Source of the DNA: a virus
Taxonomy: Duplodnaviria > Caudoviricetes
Direction: 5' to 3' (one strand)
DNA: 27,195 bases
IMG/VR virus record: IMGVR_UViG_3300037743_000272
Location: 1-27,195 of that record
The first letter of the stretch is position 1, and each line of letters begins with the position of its first letter. The notes below the pieces were generated by a model, which did not search any database, was not told where the DNA came from, and saw only the letters and a program-made list of their open reading frames with translations. Positions 15,910 to 24,607 of this stretch are shown here, piece after piece. The position numbers and the translations under genes were made by a program.

Positions 15910-17618
15910 CGGAGCTCGCACACCGGCCGCGCTGGGTCTACAACGACGGAGGCGCTGGCGACTTCACGATGGCGCTTCCGATGCGCCCGCACACGCCGGG
16001 CTCGCGCGGCCTCGGCGGCTCGGACGTGTCCGCGGCGGGCGTGCCGGCGGCGTTCGAGATCCGGCGCGACCCGCTCCTGCACATGACGCTCCGGTTCTAC
16101 GAGTGGGAGTGGCCGGACGTCGAGCGAGTGGTGCGCCATCTCCAGCGCGCGGGCTCGGTGACGCTCCACGACGCGCTCACCGGGCTGCCCCTCACCGTCT
16201 ACGGCGAGTCGCCTTCGATCGCCGACGAGATCCTGCCCCGTCGTGCGGACGCTGGCACGCTCGAGCTCGACATCACCGTGCGACGCACGACGGCTGCGGT
16301 CATCCCCGCGACGTACTTCGATGACGCGTTCTTCCGCTTCAGCGCCGCCGCGCCGGGCGCCTTCACGTTCACACGCTCGACCACCGCTCTCGGGATGGAC
16401 TCTGACGGCCTGCTCCAGGAGTTCGCCGCGAACGTACCGCGCACCGAGTACGTCGACCTCGACGGCGACGGGATCAGGGAGACGCCGACGAGGTTGCTCG
16501 AGCGTGCCGGAGGCAACGCATACGACTTTAGCGACGACCTGTCCGATTCCTCGTGGACGAAGGTGCGATCGAGCGTCGCGCTAACTGCTTCGATCGCTAG
16601 CCCCAGGGGTGTCGCGTCCGCGTCGGCCGGCGTCTTCGCCCTCGTCGAGGACACCCAGACGGGCCAGCACGTCATCGAACAGACGCTGCCCGCTCTCACG
16701 GACGACACGCGTCAGGCCACGAGCTTCTGGGTGCGCCCCTCGACGCGCTCCGTGGCCTACATCGAGACGGTCAACAAAGCCAACCGCACGGACATCACGT
16801 GGTTCAACTTGTCGACGGGCGCAGTCGGTACGACAGACGCGGATCACGTCGCGGTGCGGATCAGACGCGGGCCGTTCGGCGGCGCCCTACGTTGGTGGCG
16901 GGTCACGGTGATCTGGGATGCGGGCACCGGCGGTACGACGCCACGCGCCAGGCTCGGCATAAGCACCGGCGACGGCGTGATTTCCTACACCGGTGACGGC
17001 TCGTCCCAGATTTACGTCTGGAATCCGCAGTTCGAGACCGACCAGCCGGTCGAGACGAGCGACGTGGTCACCGACTCGGCTACCGACGGCGTGCGCGGCG
17101 CCGACGCGCTCAGCATCCCGATCGAGTTCACGCCCGACGCGATCATCGCTGCCGGCGGCGCGACGTTCTACGGCCGGTGGCAGGAGGCGGGAACCGCGTT
17201 CGCGCCCGGACTCAGTGGGTCGCCGTGGCGGCTCGGCAACGCCACGACGCCCGGCACGATCATCGTCCGGCGCGACAACACGAGCGGCGACGGCCGCTAC
17301 GACGTGGCCATCAGCGTGAACGGCTCGCAGGTCGCTGTCGCCGAGCCGGCGGGAGTCGTAGCCGTCGACGACGTCGTGGAGGTCGTGGTGCAGATCGCGA
17401 TCGTGAACGCGCTCGCTCGCACGGCGACGGTGACGGCGATCCTCGCGATCGACGGCGTCCAGACCGGGACGGCCACCACGGGCACCTTCACGTTGCCGAC
17501 CGGATGGTCCGGCGACGTCGTAGTCCTGTCGAGTGGCAACCTGGCCGTGGCCGATCGGCATATCGGGCACCACGGCCTGCCCGGCATACGCTCGCTCGCC
17601 GAGATGAGGGCCGCCTGA
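15906..17618 (+). CDS. Distal-tail (Dit)-like protein fused to a beta-rich putative carbohydrate-binding region (570 aa)
   Basis: First gene after tape measure; about 140-aa N-terminal domain followed by FTFTRSTTA...DG.L...AANVPR..Y...LLE....N....S.D.....W.K and WWRV..., a pattern seen in phage spike/fibre CBM- or LamG-like modules. Confidence 0.6.
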   Translation: MTELAHRPRWVYNDGGAGDFTMALPMRPHTPGSRGLGGSDVSAAGVPAAFEIRRDPLLHMTLRFYEWEWPDVERVVRHLQRAGSVTLHDALTGLPLTVYGESPSIADEILPRRADAGTLELDITVRRTTAAVIPATYFDDAFFRFSAAAPGAFTFTRSTTALGMDSDGLLQEFAANVPRTEYVDLDGDGIRETPTRLLERAGGNAYDFSDDLSDSSWTKVRSSVALTASIASPRGVASASAGVFALVEDTQTGQHVIEQTLPALTDDTRQATSFWVRPSTRSVAYIETVNKANRTDITWFNLSTGAVGTTDADHVAVRIRRGPFGGALRWWRVTVIWDAGTGGTTPRARLGISTGDGVISYTGDGSSQIYVWNPQFETDQPVETSDVVTDSATDGVRGADALSIPIEFTPDAIIAAGGATFYGRWQEAGTAFAPGLSGSPWRLGNATTPGTIIVRRDNTSGDGRYDVAISVNGSQVAVAEPAGVVAVDDVVEVVVQIAIVNALARTATVTAILAIDGVQTGTATTGTFTLPTGWSGDVVVLSSGNLAVADRHIGHHGLPGIRSLAEMRAA

Positions 17619-20600
17619 TGCATCGCGAGCCCGTGTATCAGCTGACCGTCTACGAAGCCGACGACACGACGATCCTCTTCACCGTAAGCACGGATCCAGC
17701 CCACGCGAACCCGTACCTGAAGGCGCCGACGAGCTTCCCCGAGCAGGAGATCGATTTCGCGAAGGGTTCGGCGAGCATCGGGCAATGCACCGTGCAGATC
17801 GTCGACGTCCCGACGGATCCGACCGACCAGGACACCGGGTACCTCACGGGCCTGCTCGCCGACGCGAACGGCAACAGTCAGATCAACGGCCACCGCGCGC
17901 TGCTGACCGAGGACTTCGGCTCGGGCGCGGAGGTCGTGCTCGACGGAGTGGTACGGACGGTCACGCTGCTCGATACCTTCGTGACGTACGATCTTGAGTT
18001 GCGCGACATCCGCGAGCGCGAGCGCAGGACGAAGGCGTTCGCGCGGACCGACACGCCGACGATTCTCCCGCGGGGGGTGCTGAACGGGTACGGGGTGACG
18101 GTCGCGACCGGCCCGTTCTTCGGTGGCAGCATCACGTTCCCGATCCCGCCGACCGAGCCGCTCGTCGCCACGTACCGCGCGGACACCGCGAACCGTGGGC
18201 GCATTGAGTTCCCCTTCGCGGCACCGTCACCGAACAACACGACCGAGCTCGAGCTGACGGACCCGATGCGTGACGCGCTCGAATCCGTCGGACCGGTCAG
18301 TGGCTCGCCCAGCCTCCTCGTCCACGATCGGTGGAAACTGCTCTGGCGTGACGAGGCGACCGGCGGCGCGTACACGGTCGTCGAGCAGATCGCGCACCGT
18401 CACCCGTCTCTACCCGGCGGCGGTGGCCAGCAGCCGTTCGACTCGTTCGATGCACTCGGAAGCATCGTATTCGACCGCGACTACATCTCGCGCATCCGTG
18501 TGAACAACCTGGTATCGGGCGACACGCTCCCGTCCGATGCTCAGGTGATCGAGGTCATCGTGCAGTACGACGGGCCGGTGTCCGAGGCGTGGCCGCTGCA
18601 CCTTCGGGGCCTCACCGTCGGCGAGCTGCTGCGTAACGGATACCGCGGCGACTACTCCGAGGACGACCCCCGCATCCGGTACGACGAGGCGGCGCTGCTC
18701 GCGCTCGCGACGCCGGTCCGAACGATCATCGAGAAGCCGGTCGACGATTTCCGTGTGTGGGCCGAAGAGCAGGCGTACCCGATCGCGCACGCGGCCCCGA
18801 CGCTGAACGCGGCCGGGGAAATCAGCCCGGTGACGTACGTGCTGCCCGATGCGTCCGTCACACTCGTGGCGCTCGACGATGACAACTGCCGGCCGGCGGG
18901 CGGCGGCTGGAGCCACGGCACCGCGGACGCGATCAACCTCGTCCGAGTCACGTACAAGCGCGACTACCGGATCTCCGAGGACCAGCGGACGAACCTCGCG
19001 CTCAGCGATCAGATTCTGTCGCGCGAGATCGAGCACAGGTTCCCGCTCCAGGCGTCGATCGACCTGCTAGGCGAGCAGGAGCTCCGGGTTTCGTCCGACC
19101 TGCTTCGCGCGATCGGCACAAGCGACTCAGGCCCCGTCAGCGGCGACGTGTCCGACGAAGCGGGCGCCCAGGTCGCGAACCGGATCGCCCGCATGGCGAC
19201 CGACCGGTTCGCGCTCGGCGGCCAGTACTTCGCGCTCGAGGCCAGCCGCACCGACGCGGACGCCGAGGGGCTGAAGGTCGGAACGTGGGTCGCGGTCGGT
19301 GTCTCCTGGATGCCCGACTACCTGTCGGGTGAGCGGGGGCTGTCGCGGCTCGCGCAGGTCGTCGGCCGTAAGAACCTGAACGCCGCGTGGGCGGCGCTCA
19401 CGCTGATCGACGCGGGCTCCGCGAACGCACCGCTCTTCGCGCCGACGCTCGGTACCGTCACGACGGACCTCGACGGCGTGGTCGAGATCCCGGTCACGGT
19501 GCTCGGCTCCGGTGACCCGGACGCGCGCGTCGACTACGCGGTCGCCATCGTCGAGCCCGCCGACGACTCAGGCGCATGGAACTTCCTCGACCGGGTCGAC
19601 GCGCCTTCGACGCTGACGACGCCGCCGCTCGCGCCCGGCGGGACCGCGTGGGTCCGGGCGCGGAGCGAGGACGTCGGACGCCGCCCGTCCGCCTACACGA
19701 CCGCCGTCAGTATCGCGATCCCGTCCACGCCGCGGGTGCTCGACGTCAGTGTCGAGATCGACGACGCCGGGGAGCCTGCCGTGCGCTGGACTCCGAGCGC
19801 GTTTTGCGTCGGCGTGCGTATCTATTACGAGGTCCACGAGCCGAGCGACGAGCCGACCTTCGGGGCATCGGAGGACTTCGACGCGGCCGACTTGGAGGCC
19901 GTGCTAACCGGGGTCACCGTCCCGCAAGCGCGGATCCTCAGCGTCCAGGTAGAGCCGTACCCGGCGTTCGGCGGCGGGTCCGTGTCCGGCACGCCGGGGC
20001 CGGTCGTCGAGCGGCGCCTGCTGCGGAAGGATAGGACGGTCACGATCCGCCAGGTGCTGCCTCGGCTCTCGACCGCGGGCACACTGTCCGTGCAGGTGCT
20101 CGCGGAGGCCGGCGCCCGATCCGTCAAGGTGGCCGCCGCTGCGGGCTCTGACCCCTCGCGCGCGACGATCGAGGGCGAGACCGAGGTCGTGGTCGGAGCC
20201 GACGGCGTGGCGGACGTGACCGGCCTCGGCGGGTTCAGCGCGTCCGACGACATCCGCATCGGCGTGATCGTCTACCGGACCGAGGACGCGTCCGACGTGG
20301 GCTCCGAGGTCTCGTACCTGCGCACGACCGGGACCGCGATTCGGAGCGGCAACACGGATTCCGTCGACAACGCGGCGGCGGGTCAGGTCGCGCGGCTCGC
20401 GCAGGGCGAGACGGTGGCAGGCGCCTTCGACGGCAACGGCGAGAAGGACATTGTCTTCACGGAAAGCTACGACAGCGCGCCTCTGATTATTCCGCTCGGG
20501 TTCGGACTGCAAACCTACGAAGCCGACGACGCGGCCTCAGACCAGACGCTCGAGCTGAGCTTCCTGGACGTGACAACCGACGGTGCGACGATCCGGGCGC

Positions 20601-21154
20601 TGCTCAAGACCGGCACGACCACGACGCCAGACGGCGACGACTTCCCTGCGGGCAACTCGCTCGACGCCGTCGCCGAGACGACCGAGTGCAACCTCGCGAG
20701 CCTGCCCGCTGGTGGTGCCGAAGGCGATGCCTACACGATCCACTACTCGTTTGACCTCCAGATCACCGAACAGGTCGGCGGCTCCTATCAGGTCACGGTC
20801 ACGCTCGCGTTCGACTCCAACGACGGAGGCGGATGGGTCGAGCGGGCCACTCGGACTTTCCAACTCACCGCCGAGGCCAGCGCGACCGAGAGCACGAGCC
20901 TCGCGCACGTCCTCCAGAACATCAGCGTCTCCGGCCTCGCCACGAACGACGACATCCGCATCCGTGTGAAGTCGATCAGCGAAAGCGGTTCTGGTACGAT
21001 CGACGACATCAATGTCCACGGCTTTAATCTCGCGACGGACGGTGATCCGGCCGAGGGGGTGACGTGGCTTGAGAATACCGGCGGTTCGAGCCAGAACGCC
21101 GCCCCGACTGCCGCGCACTATGTCACCTACCAGGCCCTGGAGATTGCCGGATGA
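17618..21154 (+). CDS. Large tail-tip / central fibre protein (1178 aa)
   Basis: TGATG overlap at 17616-17620; size and position after Dit; FN3/Ig-like segments (WVRARSE..GRRPSAYT, VRWTP....GVRIYY). Confidence 0.75.
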   Translation: MHREPVYQLTVYEADDTTILFTVSTDPAHANPYLKAPTSFPEQEIDFAKGSASIGQCTVQIVDVPTDPTDQDTGYLTGLLADANGNSQINGHRALLTEDFGSGAEVVLDGVVRTVTLLDTFVTYDLELRDIRERERRTKAFARTDTPTILPRGVLNGYGVTVATGPFFGGSITFPIPPTEPLVATYRADTANRGRIEFPFAAPSPNNTTELELTDPMRDALESVGPVSGSPSLLVHDRWKLLWRDEATGGAYTVVEQIAHRHPSLPGGGGQQPFDSFDALGSIVFDRDYISRIRVNNLVSGDTLPSDAQVIEVIVQYDGPVSEAWPLHLRGLTVGELLRNGYRGDYSEDDPRIRYDEAALLALATPVRTIIEKPVDDFRVWAEEQAYPIAHAAPTLNAAGEISPVTYVLPDASVTLVALDDDNCRPAGGGWSHGTADAINLVRVTYKRDYRISEDQRTNLALSDQILSREIEHRFPLQASIDLLGEQELRVSSDLLRAIGTSDSGPVSGDVSDEAGAQVANRIARMATDRFALGGQYFALEASRTDADAEGLKVGTWVAVGVSWMPDYLSGERGLSRLAQVVGRKNLNAAWAALTLIDAGSANAPLFAPTLGTVTTDLDGVVEIPVTVLGSGDPDARVDYAVAIVEPADDSGAWNFLDRVDAPSTLTTPPLAPGGTAWVRARSEDVGRRPSAYTTAVSIAIPSTPRVLDVSVEIDDAGEPAVRWTPSAFCVGVRIYYEVHEPSDEPTFGASEDFDAADLEAVLTGVTVPQARILSVQVEPYPAFGGGSVSGTPGPVVERRLLRKDRTVTIRQVLPRLSTAGTLSVQVLAEAGARSVKVAAAAGSDPSRATIEGETEVVVGADGVADVTGLGGFSASDDIRIGVIVYRTEDASDVGSEVSYLRTTGTAIRSGNTDSVDNAAAGQVARLAQGETVAGAFDGNGEKDIVFTESYDSAPLIIPLGFGLQTYEADDAASDQTLELSFLDVTTDGATIRALLKTGTTTTPDGDDFPAGNSLDAVAETTECNLASLPAGGAEGDAYTIHYSFDLQITEQVGGSYQVTVTLAFDSNDGGGWVERATRTFQLTAEASATESTSLAHVLQNISVSGLATNDDIRIRVKSISESGSGTIDDINVHGFNLATDGDPAEGVTWLENTGGSSQNAAPTAAHYVTYQALEIAG

Positions 21155-21411
21155 CGACGTGGGCCGATCGCGGCGACTACAGGGGCAAGCCTGCCGCACT
21201 GGTGAAGTGTCCGTGCTGTGGCCGGATGCGCGCGGCCGACATGATCGTGCTCGTGAGCGCGGAGTTCGCCGCACTCGACGCGAAGACGGCCGAGGCGTGC
21301 CGGCGGGAACTCAACCTCGCTACCGCGCCCGAGTACATGTGCACCGGGCGGCTGTCTCGGCTACACCGGCGGCAGCTCGTCACCCGCGCGACGATGGCGG
21401 GGAGGAAATAA
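21151..21411 (+). CDS. Small Cys-rich hypothetical protein (86 aa, CPCC...C)
   Basis: ATGA overlap with the tail-tip gene; KCPCCGR and YMCTG. Confidence 0.6.
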   Translation: MTTWADRGDYRGKPAALVKCPCCGRMRAADMIVLVSAEFAALDAKTAEACRRELNLATAPEYMCTGRLSRLHRRQLVTRATMAGRK

Positions 21412-21422
21412 TGGATAGCCTA

Positions 21423-22433
21423 TTAGGATCTGGCCCTGAGGGTGCGCGTCCACATGCGCTCCGCGTCACCCGAGACCTCATCCTCGCGGTACGAGTACGG
21501 CCCAACGAGATCCATCCCGCCGAGCTTGCCAGGCTTGTGGGAGAACGCCCACGAGCCGTAAGAGACGGGTCCCGGGCCGAGCACCCGACCATCCGCACAC
21601 CACTTCGTCGACTGGAGCGTTCCCGAGAAGTTGGCGGTCCCCGGGAAGTAGGTATCGAGCGTCAGGTCTCTCACCGCACGCGTGCTGTCCATGCCTGCCA
21701 GGCCGCAGTCGTACGTGCTGAGCACCGCTCCGTTGAGCGGAACGGTCAGGGTTTCGTGCACCCAACTCTTCGGCGCCTGTCGAAGGTCGTAGAGCGCCGA
21801 GACGTGTACGGAGTCCACCAGCCGGGGCGTGGTAGCGATCGCCCACCCCGCGGCCTCGTCTGCCGCTCCCAAGAGGGAGCCGTCCAGCGTGAATCCAGGC
21901 GGCACGGTCCACGTCGCGCTGATCGGTGCATCGTTGTCGTGAGAATCGCGGCCGGATGCGGAGAGGTTGTCGCCAACGTCAACGTAGAACGTACGGGGCG
22001 AGGGACCGAGGTCGAGCCGCACCGGATTGCCTGGGCGTACCGTCGCCTTCGTGCTCGCGAATACTCGCGCCGTGCCGTCCGCGTCGACCGCGCGCACCTC
22101 CAACGTGCACTTTTTCGCGGTCGTGCCGAGGTCCCAGAGCTCGGCTGCACGCCCGGCCGCGTCCGTCGTCGCGCTGCCCGCGAACACCTCGCCGCAGTCG
22201 TCTTCCACGATCACGAAGTTGACCGTCACGCCAGGCACCGGATCGCCCTGCAGCGACGCGCCGGCGGTGAGCTCGACGGTGATCGGGGCCAGCCTGGCCT
22301 CGATCGTGTCCGTCTGGTTGGCCCCACCGACGATGTCGAAGCTGGCGACGGCGAGCAGGTCCTCGGGCAGATCGGTGGTGGACTCGCCGCATGCCGTGAG
22401 GGCAAGGGCGAGAAGGGCGGTCAATGTTCGCAT
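21423..22433 (-). CDS. Lipoprotein with bacterial Ig-like (Big-1/invasin-type) domain, inverted moron-like gene (336 aa)
   Basis: GGAGG RBS before ATG 22433; MRTLTALLALALTA-C15 lipobox; GANQT...PVPGVTVNF...G.....ATTDAAGRA...WDLG Ig-like motif; tandem stops TAA TAG. Confidence 0.85.
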   Translation of the reverse strand: MRTLTALLALALTACGESTTDLPEDLLAVASFDIVGGANQTDTIEARLAPITVELTAGASLQGDPVPGVTVNFVIVEDDCGEVFAGSATTDAAGRAAELWDLGTTAKKCTLEVRAVDADGTARVFASTKATVRPGNPVRLDLGPSPRTFYVDVGDNLSASGRDSHDNDAPISATWTVPPGFTLDGSLLGAADEAAGWAIATTPRLVDSVHVSALYDLRQAPKSWVHETLTVPLNGAVLSTYDCGLAGMDSTRAVRDLTLDTYFPGTANFSGTLQSTKWCADGRVLGPGPVSYGSWAFSHKPGKLGGMDLVGPYSYREDEVSGDAERMWTRTLRARS

Positions 22434-22507
22434 GGGTACCTCCAAGGTGGGTGCCACACTCTCTACGTAGCCGGCGCAGCCCGCCTTCGCGCAAGGGTCA
22501 CGTTCGC

Positions 22508-22678
22508 ATGAGAGTCCCCGCCGTGGATCTCGTCGAGCCGCCGGAGCTCCGCAAAGCCCGCCAATGGTGGGAAGTCGTCGTGTTGTGCGCTGACATTGAG
22601 CAGGCCGCGAAGAAGTTCCTGCGCCTGAAGACGGAGGATCGAGCTGATGCCAGGGCCGAATCCGATGCCGAACACTGA
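22508..22678 (+). CDS. Possible small hypothetical protein (56 aa)
   Basis: ATG 22508 within track ORF 22424..22678; fills the gap before the lysis region but has a weak RBS and overlaps the next gene by 32 nt. Confidence 0.35.
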   Translation: MRVPAVDLVEPPELRKARQWWEVVVLCADIEQAAKKFLRLKTEDRADARAESDAEH

Positions 22679-22973
22679 TCCGTCCGAGGAACTCGGCCGG
22701 TTGGCGCTCGCGGAACTCCGTGAGCTCCGGAAGTTGCTCATCGGCAACGGCTCGGTCGGGCTGTTTGAGCAGGTGCGGAAAAATGACGACGAGATCAAAC
22801 GGCTGTGGAAAGCGTTCGAGAAGCTGTCGAAGGCTGTCGACAGAGTTAACGGCCGAACCACAGGAGACAAGGCGGAGGAGTTGAAGTTCCTCGGCGTCCG
22901 CTGGCAGGTCATCGGGTACGTCGTGGTCGCCATTCTGGCGGTCCTGGGGACGGTGCTGGACATCATCAAATAG
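22647..22973 (+). CDS. Coiled-coil protein with C-terminal transmembrane helix (holin/antiholin candidate)
   Basis: GGAGG at 22633-22637; L.GNG..GL...V motif; C-terminal VIGYVVVAILAVLGTVL. Confidence 0.7.
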   Translation: MPGPNPMPNTDPSEELGRLALAELRELRKLLIGNGSVGLFEQVRKNDDEIKRLWKAFEKLSKAVDRVNGRTTGDKAEELKFLGVRWQVIGYVVVAILAVLGTVLDIIK

Positions 22974-22982
22974 GGAGGGAGC

Positions 22983-23210
22983 ATGGCTGAGGCAGAGACA
23001 CGGTATTGGTGGTGGGCGCTAACGGACATCCTGGCGATGCTGTGGATGTTCGTCGTCGCGTCGGTCAAGGTCGGGCCGCGGAACGTGCGCATGGAGTTTC
23101 ACCCCCACGACACGGGCGCAGAGCTCAAGGTCGCGACCGTCGTGGGCGGTGGGCGTGAGGTCTGCGGTGAATACAATTTCGGCCATACGTGTCCGCCGGC
23201 ATGCGGATGA
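22983..23210 (+). CDS. Hypothetical protein (75 aa) with N-terminal hydrophobic segment
   Basis: GGGAGGGAG RBS; ATGA overlap with the next gene. Confidence 0.6.
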   Translation: MAEAETRYWWWALTDILAMLWMFVVASVKVGPRNVRMEFHPHDTGAELKVATVVGGGREVCGEYNFGHTCPPACG

Positions 23211-23698
23211 TGTACGAGGCAGTTCACTGGCTTCCGCTCGCTCCGGCTGTCGTGCTCATCGTCCGGAGGCGCGAGCATCCGGCTACGTATTGGCTGGTCG
23301 CGCTTGCGTTCGCTACGGCGGTCGTGCACGACGGCGTCGCGTTCGTGACGGGCGGCTCGTGGGAGGGCGTCGCGTACTGGATGCTCGCTCAGTTCACGCT
23401 GCTGATTCTCGCGTTCGGTGGGATGGTGGTCGCCGCGGCCTATCTGGCGCTGTCGGCCCTGGTCTGGCTCGCGGGCCCGGAAGTGATCGCGACGCTCGGC
23501 GCGGGCATCGTTCTGCTCCTGTCCCTGAATCATCGGCTCGCGTGGGCGATGCTGATCTACTGCGGCCTCGGCACGCTCGCCTATCTGGCGATGGCGGCCG
23601 AGTGGCAGGGCGTGTTCATGCCCTGGTGGGGGGCCTACCAGACGGCTCGCCTCGGCGCGTTCGGCCTGTTCGCTCGTGCCGCGTGGAGGGCTACATGA
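23207..23698 (+). CDS. Multi-pass membrane protein (163 aa)
   Basis: Almost entirely hydrophobic, several likely TM helices; ATGA overlaps at both ends. Confidence 0.7.
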   Translation: MMYEAVHWLPLAPAVVLIVRRREHPATYWLVALAFATAVVHDGVAFVTGGSWEGVAYWMLAQFTLLILAFGGMVVAAAYLALSALVWLAGPEVIATLGAGIVLLLSLNHRLAWAMLIYCGLGTLAYLAMAAEWQGVFMPWWGAYQTARLGAFGLFARAAWRAT

Positions 23699-23964
23699 GA
23701 GGGCAGACGGAGTTCGTCGCCTGGTCGTTCGCCTCGCTCACGTCGGTGGGTGCCGGTATCGCGAGCTCGTTGCAGATGCTGGTCGATCCCGACGACGCGT
23801 GGGTGCCGGTCGGGGTGCTGGTCACGCTGCTCGCGCTCTCGATCGTCACGACGGTCAAGGTGGTGAGGCTGCTCGACGGTATCCGCGCCGACATCCGGCT
23901 CGGCAGGGCGGAACGCGCGCGGCTCGCCGCCGCGCTGGGCATCGACTTGGAGAGAGACGCATGA
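23695..23964 (+). CDS. Small membrane protein (89 aa), holin candidate
   Basis: GGAGGG RBS; two hydrophobic segments then a charged helical tail; ATGA overlaps. Confidence 0.65.
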   Translation: MRGQTEFVAWSFASLTSVGAGIASSLQMLVDPDDAWVPVGVLVTLLALSIVTTVKVVRLLDGIRADIRLGRAERARLAAALGIDLERDA

Positions 23965-24248
23965 GCAAGACGACGGTGGTCGACATCCGATCCGACGACG
24001 ACGACGTCCACCCGCAAGCGGTGGCGCGTGAGGAGCAGGCGGTCGACGACGCGCGCTCCAAGCGGCTGCGTGCGTGGGCCGGCGCGCTGGGCGCGGTGCT
24101 CTGCGCCGGTTCGTTCGTCGTCGCGCTCTACCGGGACAACACGCTCGTGCTCGCGGGCTCATTCATCGGCGTGCTCGTGGCCGGCAATGTGATCCCCTAC
24201 ACGGTGATTCGGGACGTGATCGTGCTCCGGCTCCGGGGCAACGGCTGA
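23961..24248 (+). CDS. Small two-TM membrane protein (95 aa), holin candidate
   Basis: Acidic N-terminus, two TM segments, basic C-terminus; directly before the peptidase. Confidence 0.65.
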   Translation: MSKTTVVDIRSDDDDVHPQAVAREEQAVDDARSKRLRAWAGALGAVLCAGSFVVALYRDNTLVLAGSFIGVLVAGNVIPYTVIRDVIVLRLRGNG

Positions 24249-24607
24249 TGACGACGTTCTCCGACTCCGCGTGGAAGGACATGCACCCGGCGCTGTGGAT
24301 GGCCCGGGTCGAGGCTCGGGTGCTCGTGCGCGAGATGTTCGACGAGGACCTGGTCATCACGTCGGGTCGACGCCCCCCGACGCCCGGCGGCTCGTCCAAG
24401 CACGGGACCGGCGAGGCGATGGACATTCGGTCACGGGAGTGGCCGCCCACCGAGCAGCGTGCGTTCGCGACCGAGCTCGGCAATCGGCTCGGCGAGGACT
24501 TCGACGTGATCGTCGAGGGGCCGGCGAGTCTCGACCCGCGCTACCAGAACCGCGTGGCGCACGTGCACGTCGAGATCGACCCCAAAGGGAGGCATCTGAC
24601 CGGATGA
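24248..24607 (+). CDS. Putative endolysin, Zn-dependent M15/Hedgehog-DD-peptidase fold (119 aa)
   Basis: VITSG.R....SSKH.TGEAMDIR ... HVHVE: the SxH-x6-D ... HxH zinc ligand set; TGATG overlap. Confidence 0.85.
   Translation: MTTFSDSAWKDMHPALWMARVEARVLVREMFDEDLVITSGRRPPTPGGSSKHGTGEAMDIRSREWPPTEQRAFATELGNRLGEDFDVIVEGPASLDPRYQNRVAHVHVEIDPKGRHLTG

Noticed and set aside
17177-17617. N-terminal extensions in the ORF track (17177, 3162, 6077, 7568, 354, 1160, 23149, 23676, 24074, 24271)
   Set aside because: They overlap upstream genes in another frame and are Arg-rich; downstream starts with stop/start overlaps or RBSs fit better.
15906-21154. Diversity-generating retroelement or invertible tail-fibre cassette
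   Set aside because: No reverse transcriptase or invertase and no duplicated template/variable repeat pair seen by eye in this window; a self-alignment would be needed to exclude it fully.
22440-22510. Minus-strand promoter for the lipoprotein gene (TTGCGC...TACGTA)
   Set aside because: Spacer is 19 nt and both boxes are weak; not enough support.
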